From Nitrospirales bacterium (GTDB lineage Bacteria > Nitrospirota > Nitrospiria > Nitrospirales > UBA8639), in contig CBDBCZ010000019.1 of assembly GCA_965203295.1 (NCBI GenBank), forward strand, positions 384,001 to 448,000: DNA of 64,000 nt, given 5' to 3'. The notes under the pieces were generated by a model that saw nothing but the letters and a program-made list of their open reading frames with translations, did no database searches and had not been told where the DNA came from. Made by a program: the position numbers and the translations under genes. This document shows, piece after piece, positions 34,310-45,358 of this stretch (positions are counted from its first letter, which is position 1; each line of letters starts with the position of its first letter).

Positions 34310-34605
34310 CGTTTTTATTTGAGCGGGGTTTCGGCCCCGCACGACGAGGTCCTTTTGCCGAAACAAAAAGACCTCAAACCATTCCCGCCCGCGCATGGCC
34401 CTACAGGTTTCCTTCGTCCCAGCCCCGAATCATATGGCTGCGGAACTCGCTCCGCTCAAACAGTCCTCGCCGAGTTATCAGATTCGGCGCTGGGACTCAG
34501 CCACGCGCAAGGCGGAACACACAGATTCAAAACTGGGGACAAATTTTCATAAACCGCATATAATTTTTCACCGTCATGCCCGCGGTCGTAAGCGGGCATC
34601 CAGGA
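34310..34605 (+). repeat. Dispersed ~295-bp structured repeat, copy 1
   Basis: Closely similar to the reverse complement of 58323-58613; several hairpins. Confidence 0.92.
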
Positions 34606-34691
34606 GTTTTGAATCCGTCGTTCCTGGAATTGTTAAGCGGGAACCCATCCGTGTCACCACGGTGAGTCAGTGGTTTAACGCAAATCTTGGA

Positions 34692-34716
34692 AATGTGTGA
34701 TTACAAGATCTGACCC
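34692..34716 (-). repeat. GGGTCAG-type repeat end, inverted relative to the 37104 and 38814 copies
   Basis: aatgtgtgattacaagatctgaccc matches the reverse complement of 37104-37128 at 22/25. Confidence 0.7.
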
Positions 34717-34752
34717 AGACGTGACTCAAGACGCGATGAGAAATAATCACCT

Positions 34753-35615
34753 ATGACGACTCAAGAAGCACGTGAACATCACTTTGTACCACAGTTTCTA
34801 CTACGCCCGTAGCGTATCAACGGCAAACTGTATGGCTATTGGTGGGATCCTTTACGTGACATACTTGCTTGCAGAATAAGGGGGCCAAGAAGTTTCTGCC
34901 GTGAGTTAGATCTACTGACATTACACGAGCACGATTTGGGAAGGGATGCTATTGAAAAGTTGTTTTTCGGGGATGTAGACACCAAAGGAGCTAAGGTGCG
35001 CAATCGGTTGTTGAGGTCCGGTCCGTCTGGATTATTTGGCGACCAACGATGTGACTTCGCGCATCTCCTGCTTTCTCTTGAAGCACGCCGGCCCGTCAAC
35101 GTCAAGAAGATTCGAAAAGAAGGATCGCGATTTCTCGCAGATGGTCTAGAAAGTAATCCCGAAATTCTTGCAGCTATGGCAGAGAAAGGACTGACTGAAA
35201 CCCCCTCTTTGTACTACCAGCAGATAACGGGAACATTAATTGAAGATAGAGCGATAGCCATAATCCAGAGCCTCGTTGACAACCCTAAGGTTGGTGGAAA
35301 GTTAATCAATGCACACTGGGATGTTATTCGCCTTGGGCCTTGGGACGGTTCTTTTGTGCTTTCAGAACGTCTTCTTATTAGGATTAATGGCGCTATCATC
35401 ACAGAGCTGTTTGGGTGCTGCCACTAAGTCCGAATGCATCATTCATAGCTTGTAATGATGCGGATGACTTGCGAGCATTTCGAAGCCTAACACCCCGCCG
35501 ACTCGCCAGGAGAACCAATGTTCATAGTGCTGCTCAGGCTGAGCGATTTATCTTTTGCGCTGACCGAAACCACGAAGATTGGATAGGTAAGTACCTCCGC
35601 CCACACGCTGACTAA
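34753..35615 (+). pseudogene. DUF4238 domain protein, TAG at 34810 and frameshift near 35400
   Basis: N-terminal HHFVPQFLL signature; FVLSER and LPLSP motifs. Confidence 0.75.
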
Positions 35616-35661
35616 GGGCCTGCAACAACACCCTGCCCTCTTGGCTACTTTCCCCTAACTT

Positions 35662-35688
35662 GGTGTCAACAAAACCCGGGCCACCTCA
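35662..35688. mobile_element. Orphan IS3-family-like terminal repeat
   Basis: ggtgtcaacaaaacccgggccacctca (reverse complement TGAGGTGGCCCGGGTTTTGTTGACACC) has the form of an IS3-type end. Confidence 0.45.
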
Positions 35689-35704
35689 GATCATGCAGCT
35701 TCAA

Positions 35705-36148
35705 TCAATCGTGTTGTATCTTGAGATCGTTTGGATAAGGCATGCCGTTCCCTGTTTCTAAGAACAACTTCAAACTTACCAGAAACATCGGCCACTTCGT
35801 CCAGAAATACTGAACTGCATCTTTGGGCATGGTGGGTGCTGTGCTATGAGTGAGGGTGACGAAGACCTGGCTTCCAGCATCATCGAAGTCGAATGGCAGT
35901 TCCGAACCCCTCCATGGTTCAGGACCCAAGACGAATTTCATCCGAACCCGTTCACCAGCCGAGAGTTCTACGATTTCCCACACATGATCAGGATAGCCTG
36001 GAAAAGAAAGCTCGATTTGTGTCCCGAGTTCCCCTGAACCTGAAGCGGATGCTGCTCACCAACCTGTTAGCTGACTCGGCCGATAGACGGCTTCGTAAAC
36101 GGATTGCAGGGTAGCCTTGATCCCAACCCGATGCCGTATCTCATTCAT
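35705..36148 (-). pseudogene. SRPBCC/AHSA1 domain protein with in-frame TGA at 36056-36058
   Basis: MNEIRHRVGIKA..VYEA..LTGW*..TKWPMFLVSLKLFLETG.G.PYP. Confidence 0.8.
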
Positions 36149-36320
36149 CCAGGACCTGCCGACAGTTGAGAAGATTTAAAGATTATCTCTACCGTGAGCG
36201 ACCGGGGCAAGGTAGCACGTTGCCTTTTTCATTCAAAGAAAGAACCCACCGACTCTGATATCTAGAGCTAAGCTCGATCTCCTTCCATATCCATACGCGG
36301 GAATAGTCTTTAGAAGGAAT

Positions 36321-36341
36321 TCGAGTCTGACCCCAATTCTC
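36321..36341. repeat. 21-bp inverted repeat, left arm
   Basis: tcgagtctgaccccaattctc is the exact reverse complement of 37187-37207. Confidence 0.85.
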
Positions 36342-36474
36342 AATTCTTTGTCTAAATCAGTCGTAGTCACTGTTCATCTCTCCGAGCAATAAGAACCAAT
36401 CCCTGTACTTTTTGGGAAGGCTTGAGTAGCATGCCCAAGTCGTTCATTAGAAAAATCAAAATATTAATTACCCA

Positions 36475-37093
36475 GTGAAAAATTTGGAGATTTCCCACAT
36501 CAGTGATCTACATCAGGCTGTAAAGGCTCTTCATTTGGAATGGAAAACAGTAGATTTCTGGTGGCGTGGCATTTCAAATACAATGTATAGCCTAGTGCCA
36601 GGGGCAAGACGAAATTCCTGCACACGCGTACACGAAGAGGACTTAGCTCATAGATTCATTCACGGTGCAGGATAGTCGAGACGTAGATGGAGTGCTTTGG
36701 GCACTAAACCCATGGATACTGAATAAAATGCAAGTCAATAAAAGGGTTATCATGGATGTGAAAAAAGGATTAATTCTTACTCAATCTCCCTTTAGAGAAC
36801 AAAAGAGCAAACAACCAGATACAGATATTGACAAGGTGCTTGCCATAAATACACAGCAAAGAGATATTCGAATGTTAGTGCAGCAATCTGTCTTCACCAT
36901 GCATGGATCAAATAAAGCCCTGGAGGAATACGAAGGCGCACAACATTTCCTTAGAAAATTTACGATACCAGCAAATTCAAAACTTGACTTTTGGGTATCG
37001 CTTCAACAATTGGGTATTAAAGAATCTTATTTATTCCCAGACCTTGAACATTTAGCTATCGAACTCAATCGGATTCACTCTCCGAATACATGA
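36475..37093 (+). pseudogene. FRG domain protein with internal deletion
   Basis: WWRG..SLVPG, R..QQSVFT, L.QLGI..SYLFPDL; the QHYG..TRLLDW core is missing; AT-rich. Confidence 0.75.
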
Positions 37094-37103
37094 CTAGAAG
37101 TGG

Positions 37104-37157
37104 GGGTCAGGTCTTGTATTAACACATTGATTAGGTATGTCGATTCCAGCCGCCGTT
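37104..37157 (+). repeat. 54-bp direct repeat, copy 1 (GGGTCAGGTCTTG..., possible HUH/Y1 transposase element end)
   Basis: 47/54 identical to 38814-38867. Confidence 0.8.
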
Positions 37158-37186
37158 GAAGCTCAATTTTTCCAAAGTGGGTCAGA

Positions 37187-37207
37187 GAGAATTGGGGTCA
37201 GACTCGA
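37187..37207. repeat. 21-bp inverted repeat, right arm
   Basis: gagaattggggtcagactcga. Confidence 0.85.
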
Positions 37208-37516
37208 TTTGTTGGTATGCTTTTGTCGGATTTTGTTTAAGAGTGACAGCCATTTTCATATGTGATCCTAAATTTTTCTACGCCAATGACGAACACGGTA
37301 TCGGAAGATGTAAGCGTTGTGTGCCATCACCAATTGTCACGACACCCAACATCACTAGCCAATTGTACAGCAATGCCGTTTTCTCCTAGTAAGTAGACTC
37401 GCTTGACGACCTTCGTAAAGAGGGCATAGGATTATAACTCTGATACGAGTCAGTCGAGGTGTATATGGGGTGACTGGCTTAAAAAGTAAGTTGTCTGGAT
37501 TCAGGACTGCTCTATC

Positions 37517-37560
37517 AAGCCCTTTGGGTGGGAACGTGCCAGAAGGGCTTTTTTGTTTTC
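37517..37560 (+). terminator. Intrinsic terminator inside the long leader of the receiver-domain gene
   Basis: aagccctttgg...ccagaagggctt followed by ttttgtttt. Confidence 0.7.
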
Positions 37561-37853
37561 AACACGAGGTGAAAGGAGCAACTTGGCCTAACCGCAGGTT
37601 CAGGCGGGAATTCGGTTAGCAGCCTACCTTTAGAGGAGCTACCTCAGTCCAAGGTGGGACTACACGCTCAACGATGTCATGGGGGCATCATTGTCTCATT
37701 CCTGGTGAAATACTCAGAGGCTAGTGCAGGCATTGAGCTGGAAATGAAACGTAATCCTCTCAAGCAGGCGAGTAAGGTGGGCGGAAGCGGAATCTGAATA
37801 GTCTCCTAAGGGGACTTCCTGAGAGGGGGCTTACAAACACAAAGGGGGTCAAC

Positions 37854-38726
37854 ATGTTCACAACACTGGGATTCTGGGGATACCTGGGAATTGTGGTCGC
37901 CCTCGCCGTGATGGTCTGGGTCTTATACCTCTGCCTGGGTTTCCTGTCCCCCAAAAAAAGAACTAGGGAGACAAAGGGCTGTGTGATGGTCGTCGAAGAT
38001 GAGTCAGACGTCAGAGAAAATATACGCGGGCAGCTCGAGGGAGCTGGATACGACGTGATTGAGGTCGAAGACGGAGAGAAAGCTATCGAGGCCATGGGTT
38101 CGGGTGAGAATTCCTTTGAGGTCGACGTCATTATCACGGATATGTCCAAGAAAAAAGGCCTGGAGGCAGTCACCTATTTCAAGAAGAATTTCCCGAGTAT
38201 CCCCCTCATTGGCCTGACCGGGGTACCGCATTTCGAGATGGGGAATACCCGACCAACAAGAATTGCCATCCTAGGAGGCGGCAAAGGTGGAAGCGCGCTA
38301 CTCAGTCTATTCAGCCATTTGCCCGGCATTGAGATTGTCGGGATCACCGACAAAGATCCAAACGCACCAGCACTGAAACGTGCCAATGAGCTGCGCATCC
38401 CAGTTATTCACGATGCGATAAGCCTGATTGGCTCGGAAGACAGGGATCTGATCGTGGACGTGACCGGCGACCCTCATATGCAGCAGCTCATTGCTGAGCA
38501 TAAGGGCCCGGGGGCGGAAGTATTGGGAGGCGCAACCGCCAGACTCCTTTGGAATATGGTTCAGCACGAGGCGGAGATGGAGACCCATTTACTTCAGAAC
38601 GAGTCATTGGCCAGCCTGGTGTCGCACGGGACGCTCGTGAACTATTTGGTTAAACCACTTCAGGATGAGAACCTCCTAGCGTCAGTCACCAATGCGATGG
38701 AGCAGCGGGAAAACCATCGGTTATAA
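37854..38726 (+). CDS. Membrane-anchored receiver-domain protein with an inserted Rossmann-like domain
   Basis: TM helix; REC VMVVEDE..IITD..GLTG; insert IAILGGGKGG..DLIVDVTG; REC end NYLVKP. Confidence 0.8.
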   Translation: MFTTLGFWGYLGIVVALAVMVWVLYLCLGFLSPKKRTRETKGCVMVVEDESDVRENIRGQLEGAGYDVIEVEDGEKAIEAMGSGENSFEVDVIITDMSKKKGLEAVTYFKKNFPSIPLIGLTGVPHFEMGNTRPTRIAILGGGKGGSALLSLFSHLPGIEIVGITDKDPNAPALKRANELRIPVIHDAISLIGSEDRDLIVDVTGDPHMQQLIAEHKGPGAEVLGGATARLLWNMVQHEAEMETHLLQNESLASLVSHGTLVNYLVKPLQDENLLASVTNAMEQRENHRL

Positions 38727-38813
38727 GATGCTCAAGTCAGTACATTATTCCTGCAAAGCAATAGAAGCCTCACGCCTGTGGGTGTGAGGCGCTTCGGTTT
38801 GCAAGTGGATATA

Positions 38814-38867
38814 GGGTCAGGTCTTGTATTGACGCATTCTTTAGAGATGTGGATTCCAGCCGCCGTT
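38814..38867 (+). repeat. 54-bp direct repeat, copy 2
   Basis: gggtcaggtcttgtatt...gattccagccgccgtt. Confidence 0.8.
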
Positions 38868-38960
38868 CGAGATTCTCTTTTGCTGCCGTGAGTCAGCAGT
38901 TCACCTGCGCAGCCCAGCAAAAAATATTTCTGTCATTTTTTAAATCCCTTTGTTAGTAGC

Positions 38961-39160
38961 TTACACCTCTGCGTTCAAATACTTTTTCCGTTCTCGTTCA
39001 GGAAATCTCTCGATCGCATAGCGTAGCATGGTGCGAGGCATGTTGTTGTAATGGGCTCTCAAAAAATCTCTCTCTACGCCTATATCGCGTTTTCCGATTT
39101 CTCGGAGCATCCACCCGACTGCTTTATGGATCAAATCCTCTGTCGGATCTTGTCTGAGGG
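38961..39160 (-). pseudogene. DNA alkylation repair protein (AlkD-like), C-terminal fragment
   Basis: [31 protein letters not shown]; 5' part absent. Confidence 0.8.
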
Positions 39161-39287
39161 TGACACCAAATGGTGTCTGACCAGAATTTTCCTGAACAGA
39201 CCCTTGGCTTGCGATGATCCATGGAATTCGTAAGATGGGAAACGTGGCTGACTTTTCGGTGAGCCTGTAATTAGATGGCACGAAGGA

Positions 39288-40010
39288 TTGGCCATGAAAA
39301 TTTCATTAGCTCACATATTGCTTGCTACGGAACTGGGCTTTCTGTTCATGCTTGCGTGGTGGTGCGGCAACCGATCTCGGGCACAAGGGAGCATGGGGGC
39401 AGTCTATGTATTCTTCCTCTGGGTGACGGCCTACGCCATTCTCTCAAGCATTCTCGGGGCCCGCGGCGTCTATATTTCTGAGGACATGCTGAAGACGTTG
39501 CCAGGATTCTGGCTTCAGGTGGTGACAGTCGGAGCTCTCGTCATTCCAGTCGTGTTGTTTGAGAGCGTCCGGAATGGCATGCGTCAAATTGTCGATAGCA
39601 CGCCGTGGCACTGGTTTGGGTATTTTCACGGCCTGCGGATCGCGGCAGTCGGTACGGCCTATAAGACCATGATTGGGCAGTTTCCTGCTTATTTCGAGTA
39701 TGTGGTTGGCGTGCCCGACCTGTTATTCGGAGTCTCGGCCTTCTGGATTGCTCGGAAGGCACAATGTGGAAAACTTAGCAGAAAAAGTTTTTTGGTTTGG
39801 AATCTAGTTGGTGTGCTGGTGATTGTGCCCGCAGCTCCCATCTTGCTCCAGCTTGGTCTCCCAGGGCCGGTCCAAGTGTTCACAAGCTTGCCGGATGCCA
39901 GAGCGGTTTTTACCTATCCTATGTCCATCGCCTCAATGATCGGCGTTCCGCTGTTCGTTCTCGTGAACCTGTGGGTGGCATGGGGATTATGGGAGAAGGG
40001 TAAGGAGTAG
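39288..40010 (+). CDS. Polytopic membrane protein of unknown function
   Basis: 240-aa ORF with about seven hydrophobic segments. Confidence 0.7.
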   Translation: MAMKISLAHILLATELGFLFMLAWWCGNRSRAQGSMGAVYVFFLWVTAYAILSSILGARGVYISEDMLKTLPGFWLQVVTVGALVIPVVLFESVRNGMRQIVDSTPWHWFGYFHGLRIAAVGTAYKTMIGQFPAYFEYVVGVPDLLFGVSAFWIARKAQCGKLSRKSFLVWNLVGVLVIVPAAPILLQLGLPGPVQVFTSLPDARAVFTYPMSIASMIGVPLFVLVNLWVAWGLWEKGKE

Positions 40011-40178
40011 GGAAAAATCAAGAAACCGTCCCATTCGCATTTTGCGTCATACCTCGGATAATAGATGAGAAAATGGGATTCGTAATTGAGACGACCGGGC
40101 ATCGAAGTTTGCATGGGAAGGTTAAGCCCTCCGTCATGTGCCGCTGCTCCCTATCGATGTCTTTAAGAGGATTGCCCC

Positions 40179-40340
40179 ATGTTCGATGACGAAGATGAGA
40201 ATCTGAAGGAGACCTTTCGGCAAAGTTTTATGCAGTAAATGGAAGGCTTGCGTGAGGGGGAGCGCATGAATTGGTGGTTGCGAGCGCTCCTTTGGACGAT
40301 GGTCATTATGATCGTCACGGTACTGGTCCTAGCGAGATGA
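40179..40340 (+). pseudogene. Small membrane protein with in-frame TAA
   Basis: MFDDEDENLKETFRQSFMQ*MEGLREGERMNWWLRALLWTMVIMIVTVLVLAR; RBS agagg. Confidence 0.4.
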
Positions 40341-40597
40341 AGATGGAAAGATCGTATCGGAATTCGTGTCGGTGCTTGACTTTACATCAGCAGAAACGTA
40401 GCTGAAGTATGAAGTCGCGTTTAAATCTTGCCAGTTGTGCAAAGTCAAGAAATGCCCCTATTCTGCCTAGCCGTGCTTAAAGTATCAGTGATATTTCGAG
40501 GATTTCCTCAAATGCCTATAGCCTATAGTAATGTAGATCAATATCCACGATTTCCCATTCGATACAACTCGTCGTAGGCACTAGGCCTTTTAGTCAA

Positions 40598-40626
40598 TTG
40601 ACATACAGGGGTTTCTCCTGTAGGTT
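40598..40626 (+). promoter_or_regulatory. Sigma70 promoter of the helicase gene, with a palindrome in the spacer
   Basis: TTGACA-17-TAGGTT; TACAGG-N7-CCTGTA overlaps the spacer and -10 box. Confidence 0.65.
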
Positions 40627-40796
40627 GATGTACGTTACTGTTGAAACGGTCCGGCGACTGTGACGCTAGCAATACTCCGGGCCCCGCGATCGTATCGCGA
40701 CCAGATCCTGCTCGGAGTGGACTCCATCCTGATTCTGCTTCCCTCGGTTTTCTGACCCCGTGTCAATACGATCTCATTAAGGTAAGGAATACTTCT

Positions 40797-42065
40797 ATGT
40801 CTACGTCTGCTTCTGTCTCATTTGAATCCCTCGGTGTGTCCGATCCCTTGTTACGGGATCTGGCCAAAGCTGGATTGATTGAACCTACCCCAATTCAAGC
40901 GAAGGCCATTCCGGCGGCCCTGGATGGTCGTGATGTGCTGGGCTGTGCACAAACAGGCACTGGAAAGACCGCGGCGTTTCTCATTCCAATCATCGAACGT
41001 CTGTCTGGTGCTCCCAAGGCCCATCCCCGCGGGTTGATCTTGGCTCCCACGCGAGAGCTGGCATTTCAAATTCAAGCGACAGTCGATCAACTCGGCCGAT
41101 CTCGCAAAATTTTTGCCACCACCATTGTGGGAGGTAGTGACATGCAAGCACAGGTTCGTGGGCTTCGTCAGCGCCCCGATATTATTGTCGCCACTCCTGG
41201 CCGTTTGTTAGATCACATGTGGCAAGGGACTATTCATTTGACTTCTCTCCAGGTTGTAGTGCTGGATGAAGCAGACCGAATGCTTGATATGGGGTTTGCG
41301 CCGCAGTTGAATCAAATTCTCGATGCGCTCCCGGAAGATCGGCAAACGCTGCTCTTTTCTGCCACCATGCCTACGGATTTGGCTGACCTTGCCCGTGTGT
41401 CCGTGAAGCATCCCGTACGCGCGATGGTGTCCAAGCCGGCGACTCTGGCTGCTGGCGTGACGCAAACGCTGCACCACACCACGTCGACAGGCAAAACGTC
41501 CCTCTTGCTTTCCATTTTGAAGGAGATAGGAGAATCCGTGTTAGTCTTTACGCGGACGAAGCATCGTGCAGATCGGTTAGGGGAAACGTTGGAGAAGGTT
41601 GGTCATCGCGTCACGGTTCTCCATGCGGGTCGTCGACTGACCCAGCGAAGAAATTCTCTCGAAGGTTTCCGGCGGGGCCGGTTTCAAATCTTGGTCGCCA
41701 CGGACATCGCGGCCCGTGGTTTAGATGTGGCCAATATTGGCCACGTGATTAACTACGACCTTCCCAATACTCCAGAAGACTATGTGCATCGGATTGGTCG
41801 GACGGCTCGGATGAAGGCGGTTGGATCAGCCACGAGCTTTGTGACAGAGGACGATTCGAGACCTCTTCGCGCGATTGAGAAGCTCTTGGGTCATTCTGTC
41901 CCTCGTGCAGCTGGGAACCCTCGCGCATCCCATCACCGGTCGGACCACGCACCATTCTGGCAGAAGTCGCCTGGTGGCCGTGAAGCCCAACATCTGGATG
42001 CATCGAGAAAATTCAGAGGTGGCCGACGCCGAGAAGGATCACAGCGCACTTCCTCTGGCCGCTAG
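40797..42065 (+). CDS. DEAD-box RNA helicase (RhlE-like)
   Basis: Q motif, AQTGTGKT, PTRELA, DEAD, SAT, HRIGRTAR; ATG at 40797 has RBS taagg. Confidence 0.95.
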   Translation: MSTSASVSFESLGVSDPLLRDLAKAGLIEPTPIQAKAIPAALDGRDVLGCAQTGTGKTAAFLIPIIERLSGAPKAHPRGLILAPTRELAFQIQATVDQLGRSRKIFATTIVGGSDMQAQVRGLRQRPDIIVATPGRLLDHMWQGTIHLTSLQVVVLDEADRMLDMGFAPQLNQILDALPEDRQTLLFSATMPTDLADLARVSVKHPVRAMVSKPATLAAGVTQTLHHTTSTGKTSLLLSILKEIGESVLVFTRTKHRADRLGETLEKVGHRVTVLHAGRRLTQRRNSLEGFRRGRFQILVATDIAARGLDVANIGHVINYDLPNTPEDYVHRIGRTARMKAVGSATSFVTEDDSRPLRAIEKLLGHSVPRAAGNPRASHHRSDHAPFWQKSPGGREAQHLDASRKFRGGRRREGSQRTSSGR

Positions 42066-42156
42066 TCCTAGCGGGCCTGGGATAATTTCTCACGAGCGAA
42101 TGTTCGCCAGTCATATCGATCTGCGCGTGTCGAGCGGAAACAGGCACCCCTGAATC

Positions 42157-42857
42157 TCATTCTGGGGGAGTACAGTAACCCCTGCCCCGATCTAAACAGA
42201 TTCTCTGACTAAATCGATCCGACCAGTATTGAAAGGCCTTCTCCACATGGCTCCAAGGGTTTTGCGCTCCTTCCTCAACACCGAGACCCTCGAAGCTTCG
42301 CCCTCCTCCTCGTCTGTCGACCGCTGCCATGAGCACCTCTCCCGTGACACTGTCCAAAAGTTCCGCTTCAATGGCCGCCGTTCCCACAAAAGCTCGTGTT
42401 CCTGTGGCCATCTTCGAGGCGCTGGGCAATGGCACTGCCGTGGAAACCACGTGCAATGTTGTGTTGGCCTTCCCAACTTCCGTCAGGGCTACTCGGATTC
42501 GCATGACCCTTGGACCAGGTTCATGCACTACCTTTATCCTTTCCCTTTTGACAGCTTGAATGGCTTTGACTTTGAGGAGAAGAGCTAACCGTTCAAGATC
42601 TTCTTCAGGGACCCCACCCAATTCGTTCCCTCTCTTCGCGAAATAGAGATCGGATCAACCAGGGCTGCGTCATAATTTCGGAAATCCGTCTTGGGATTTC
42701 GATAAAAAAGGATGGGATCTCCCTCTCCACCTGGTCGCAATTTGGAATAGTCTGATAGAAACCCAGTTGGTTGAACGTCTCTCGCCTGTTCCGATGAAGC
42801 ACATCCAAACAGCAACAGTATCATGACGGGAAGGACCAGACCCTGGTGGACCCTCAT
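42157..42857 (-). pseudogene. DUF3313 family lipoprotein, frameshift near 42620
   Basis: Lipobox LFGC, TGFLSDYSKL, RIRVALT, EAELLDSVTGE. Confidence 0.8.
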
Positions 42858-43026
42858 CTGAATGCCTCCTTTTTCAAAATCTCCGACATTTGCCTTATTG
42901 AGGTATATGATTGAAGATAAGGTCGATTAATTCATCAGCGCCTGACCCGACTTTTTCCAACCAGAGTTACGCCAGGGAAACGAGTAAATCATAACAGGTT
43001 TATCGCCGTAAAACAGGCAGGCTCTT

Positions 43027-44854
43027 CTAGGTCATATGACTTCCTGTCTCTTTCTTCATTATTCTATGCAGCAAGGTCTGAAGGTCTTCTCCTGACATGA
43101 CTTCGTCAGCTAACAGCGTTTCAGCTACTTTCAACAATACAGGCCGGAGTTGGGTCAATAAATCTCGGACTCTTGTTCCTTGAGTATCGATGAGGCGACG
43201 GACTTCTTGGTCGATTTCTTGGGCTGTCTGCTCAGAGTACGTGGTGGCTTGAAAGGACATATCATTGGGAGTGAGAAAGGCCGGATGAGGTGTTTGGTCT
43301 AACGCGACGGTACCCAGTGCCTCACTCATGCCATAATCCTTGACCATCCGTTTGGCAATGTTGGTCGCTTTTTGTAAATCATCTGCGGCACCAGTGGAGG
43401 CTTCTCCAAAGACCAATTCCTCTGCGGTGCGCCCACCCAATAGGACAGCTATTTTGTTTTCTAATTCGGTCCGAGTCAGAAGATATTTGTCTTCATTCGG
43501 TAATTGTAGGGTATATCCCAACGCAGCGATGCCTCGTGGGATGATGGAGATTTTTTGTACAGGATCGGTATTGGGGAGTGAGAGGGCTACTAAGGCATGT
43601 CCGACCTCATGATGGGCGACTCGCTTTCGTTCTTCCTCACTCAATACGCGACTTTTCTTTTCTAGCCAGGCGACCACTCGCTCCACGGCTTCTTCGAGAT
43701 CGGTCTGTTCGACAGTCTCTCGGTTTCGGCGGACGGCCAGGAGGGCTGCTTCATTGATCACATTGGCGAGGTCGGCTCACACCATTCCTGGGGTCATGGC
43801 CGCAATAGTTTGTAGGCTGGCTGAAGGGGAAAGATGAACTGCTTTGGCATGGATACCTAATATGGCTTCTCGGCCTTTTCTATCAGGTCGATCGACAAGG
43901 ATCTGTCGATCAAAACGTCCGGCTCGTAAGAGTGATTTCAGGACGGTTGGTGGCTGCCAAAATGATCACGCCGACCTTTGGATCGAATCCGTCCATCTCC
44001 ACTAGTAATTGCTTCAAGGTCTGTTCCCGTTCTTCATGGGCCATCGGCCCTGTGCCTCGGGCTTTACCAAGAGCATCTAACTCGTCAATAAAGATGATAC
44101 ACGGGGCTTTCCCTTTCGCGTTCTCGAACAAATCACGAACCCTGGCCGCGCCGACGCCGACAAACATTTCCACAAATTCAGACCCGCTGATCGAGAAAAA
44201 AGGCACACCTGCTTCTCCGGCAATCGCTCTGGCCAGTAAGGTTTTCCCAGTCCCTGGAGGCCCGACCAACAAGACGCCCTTGGGAATACGACCCCCAATG
44301 CGAGTGAATTTTTCTGGAGTTTTTAAAAACTCCACGACTTCCAACAGTTCTTCTTGGGCTTCATCGACACCGGCCATATCTGTCATACGGACCGGAATAT
44401 CTTGTTCCATGTAAATTTTGGCTTTTGACTGACCGATCTTCATGAATCCACCGCCAGCTGCTTGACCCATACGGCGTAGAATCCAAAACTATATGCCAGC
44501 AAAGATGAGGATAGGAATGACCCACGAAGCCACATCCTTCCATAAGGTGCTTACGACGACCCCAGCGAATTCAACGTTCTTTTCCTCCAGAATTCTGACA
44601 AGATCAAGATCATCCACTCTGACTGTCTTGAACCATTGCTCGTCCTCTCCTGCCCTTTCAGGCTTCAGCTTCCCATTTATCATCTCATCGGTAATAGCGA
44701 TCTCAGCGACTTTATCTTGCAGAAGCCATTCTTTGAATTGGCTATAAGGGACCTCATCAAGATGTTGAGATGCGAAATATGCCTCCTGCAGAATGATCAG
44801 CAACCAAAAGGCGAGGAGAAAGTACCAGATAGAGATATTGTGTTTTTTATTCAT
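43027..44854 (-). pseudogene. ftsH: ATP-dependent zinc metalloprotease FtsH (accessory copy), TAG at 44489 and frameshift near 43930
   Basis: [24 protein letters not shown]. Confidence 0.93.
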
Positions 44855-45322
44855 GACCGTTTATTCATGAGGGACGGACTCCCTTCCCAATTTGTCGAGG
44901 ACGATTGTTGTGGTTCCGCGCGCCGTCGCCGAAGCTGCGGCGCTCCACTTTCTTCACCTTTCAAGAGTCGTCGGTCACCCTGGTGGCGAAATGTGTTGTT
45001 GTTCATTGCCCCAGTCTGCCAACCTTCTCTCAACTTAACAATACTTTAATGAGGTATGAGTATGGAATCATTACGAGGAATACATAGTGACCATAAGCAT
45101 CACTCTGTGAATGAGAAAAGGGGGCTGCCCTAAGAAGAAAAATTATGGAATGTTTTTATATCGGTCCACTTTATTGAGAGCTTTCCACTAATATTTAGTG
45201 GGGATGGCAAATCGATGGGGTGATCATTTAACGGACGAAAATTGATAAACCTTTCATTTTCCTCGTTTTCTCCAATTCAACCACAAAAAAACTGGAAAGT
45301 CACAAGAATCCGTTGTATGATA

Positions 45323-45345
45323 ATTGCAAAATAACCTTTTGCAAT
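45323..45345. promoter_or_regulatory. Putative toxin-antitoxin operator
   Basis: Perfect inverted repeat ATTGCAAAA-N5-TTTTGCAAT just upstream of the antitoxin start. Confidence 0.6.
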
Positions 45346-45358
45346 CGGAGTGATTATC

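Noticed and set aside
34279..34700. ORFs overlapping the dispersed repeat (also 58298-58623)
   Set aside because: Their similarity comes from the DNA repeat; starts and stops differ between copies and no RBS is evident.
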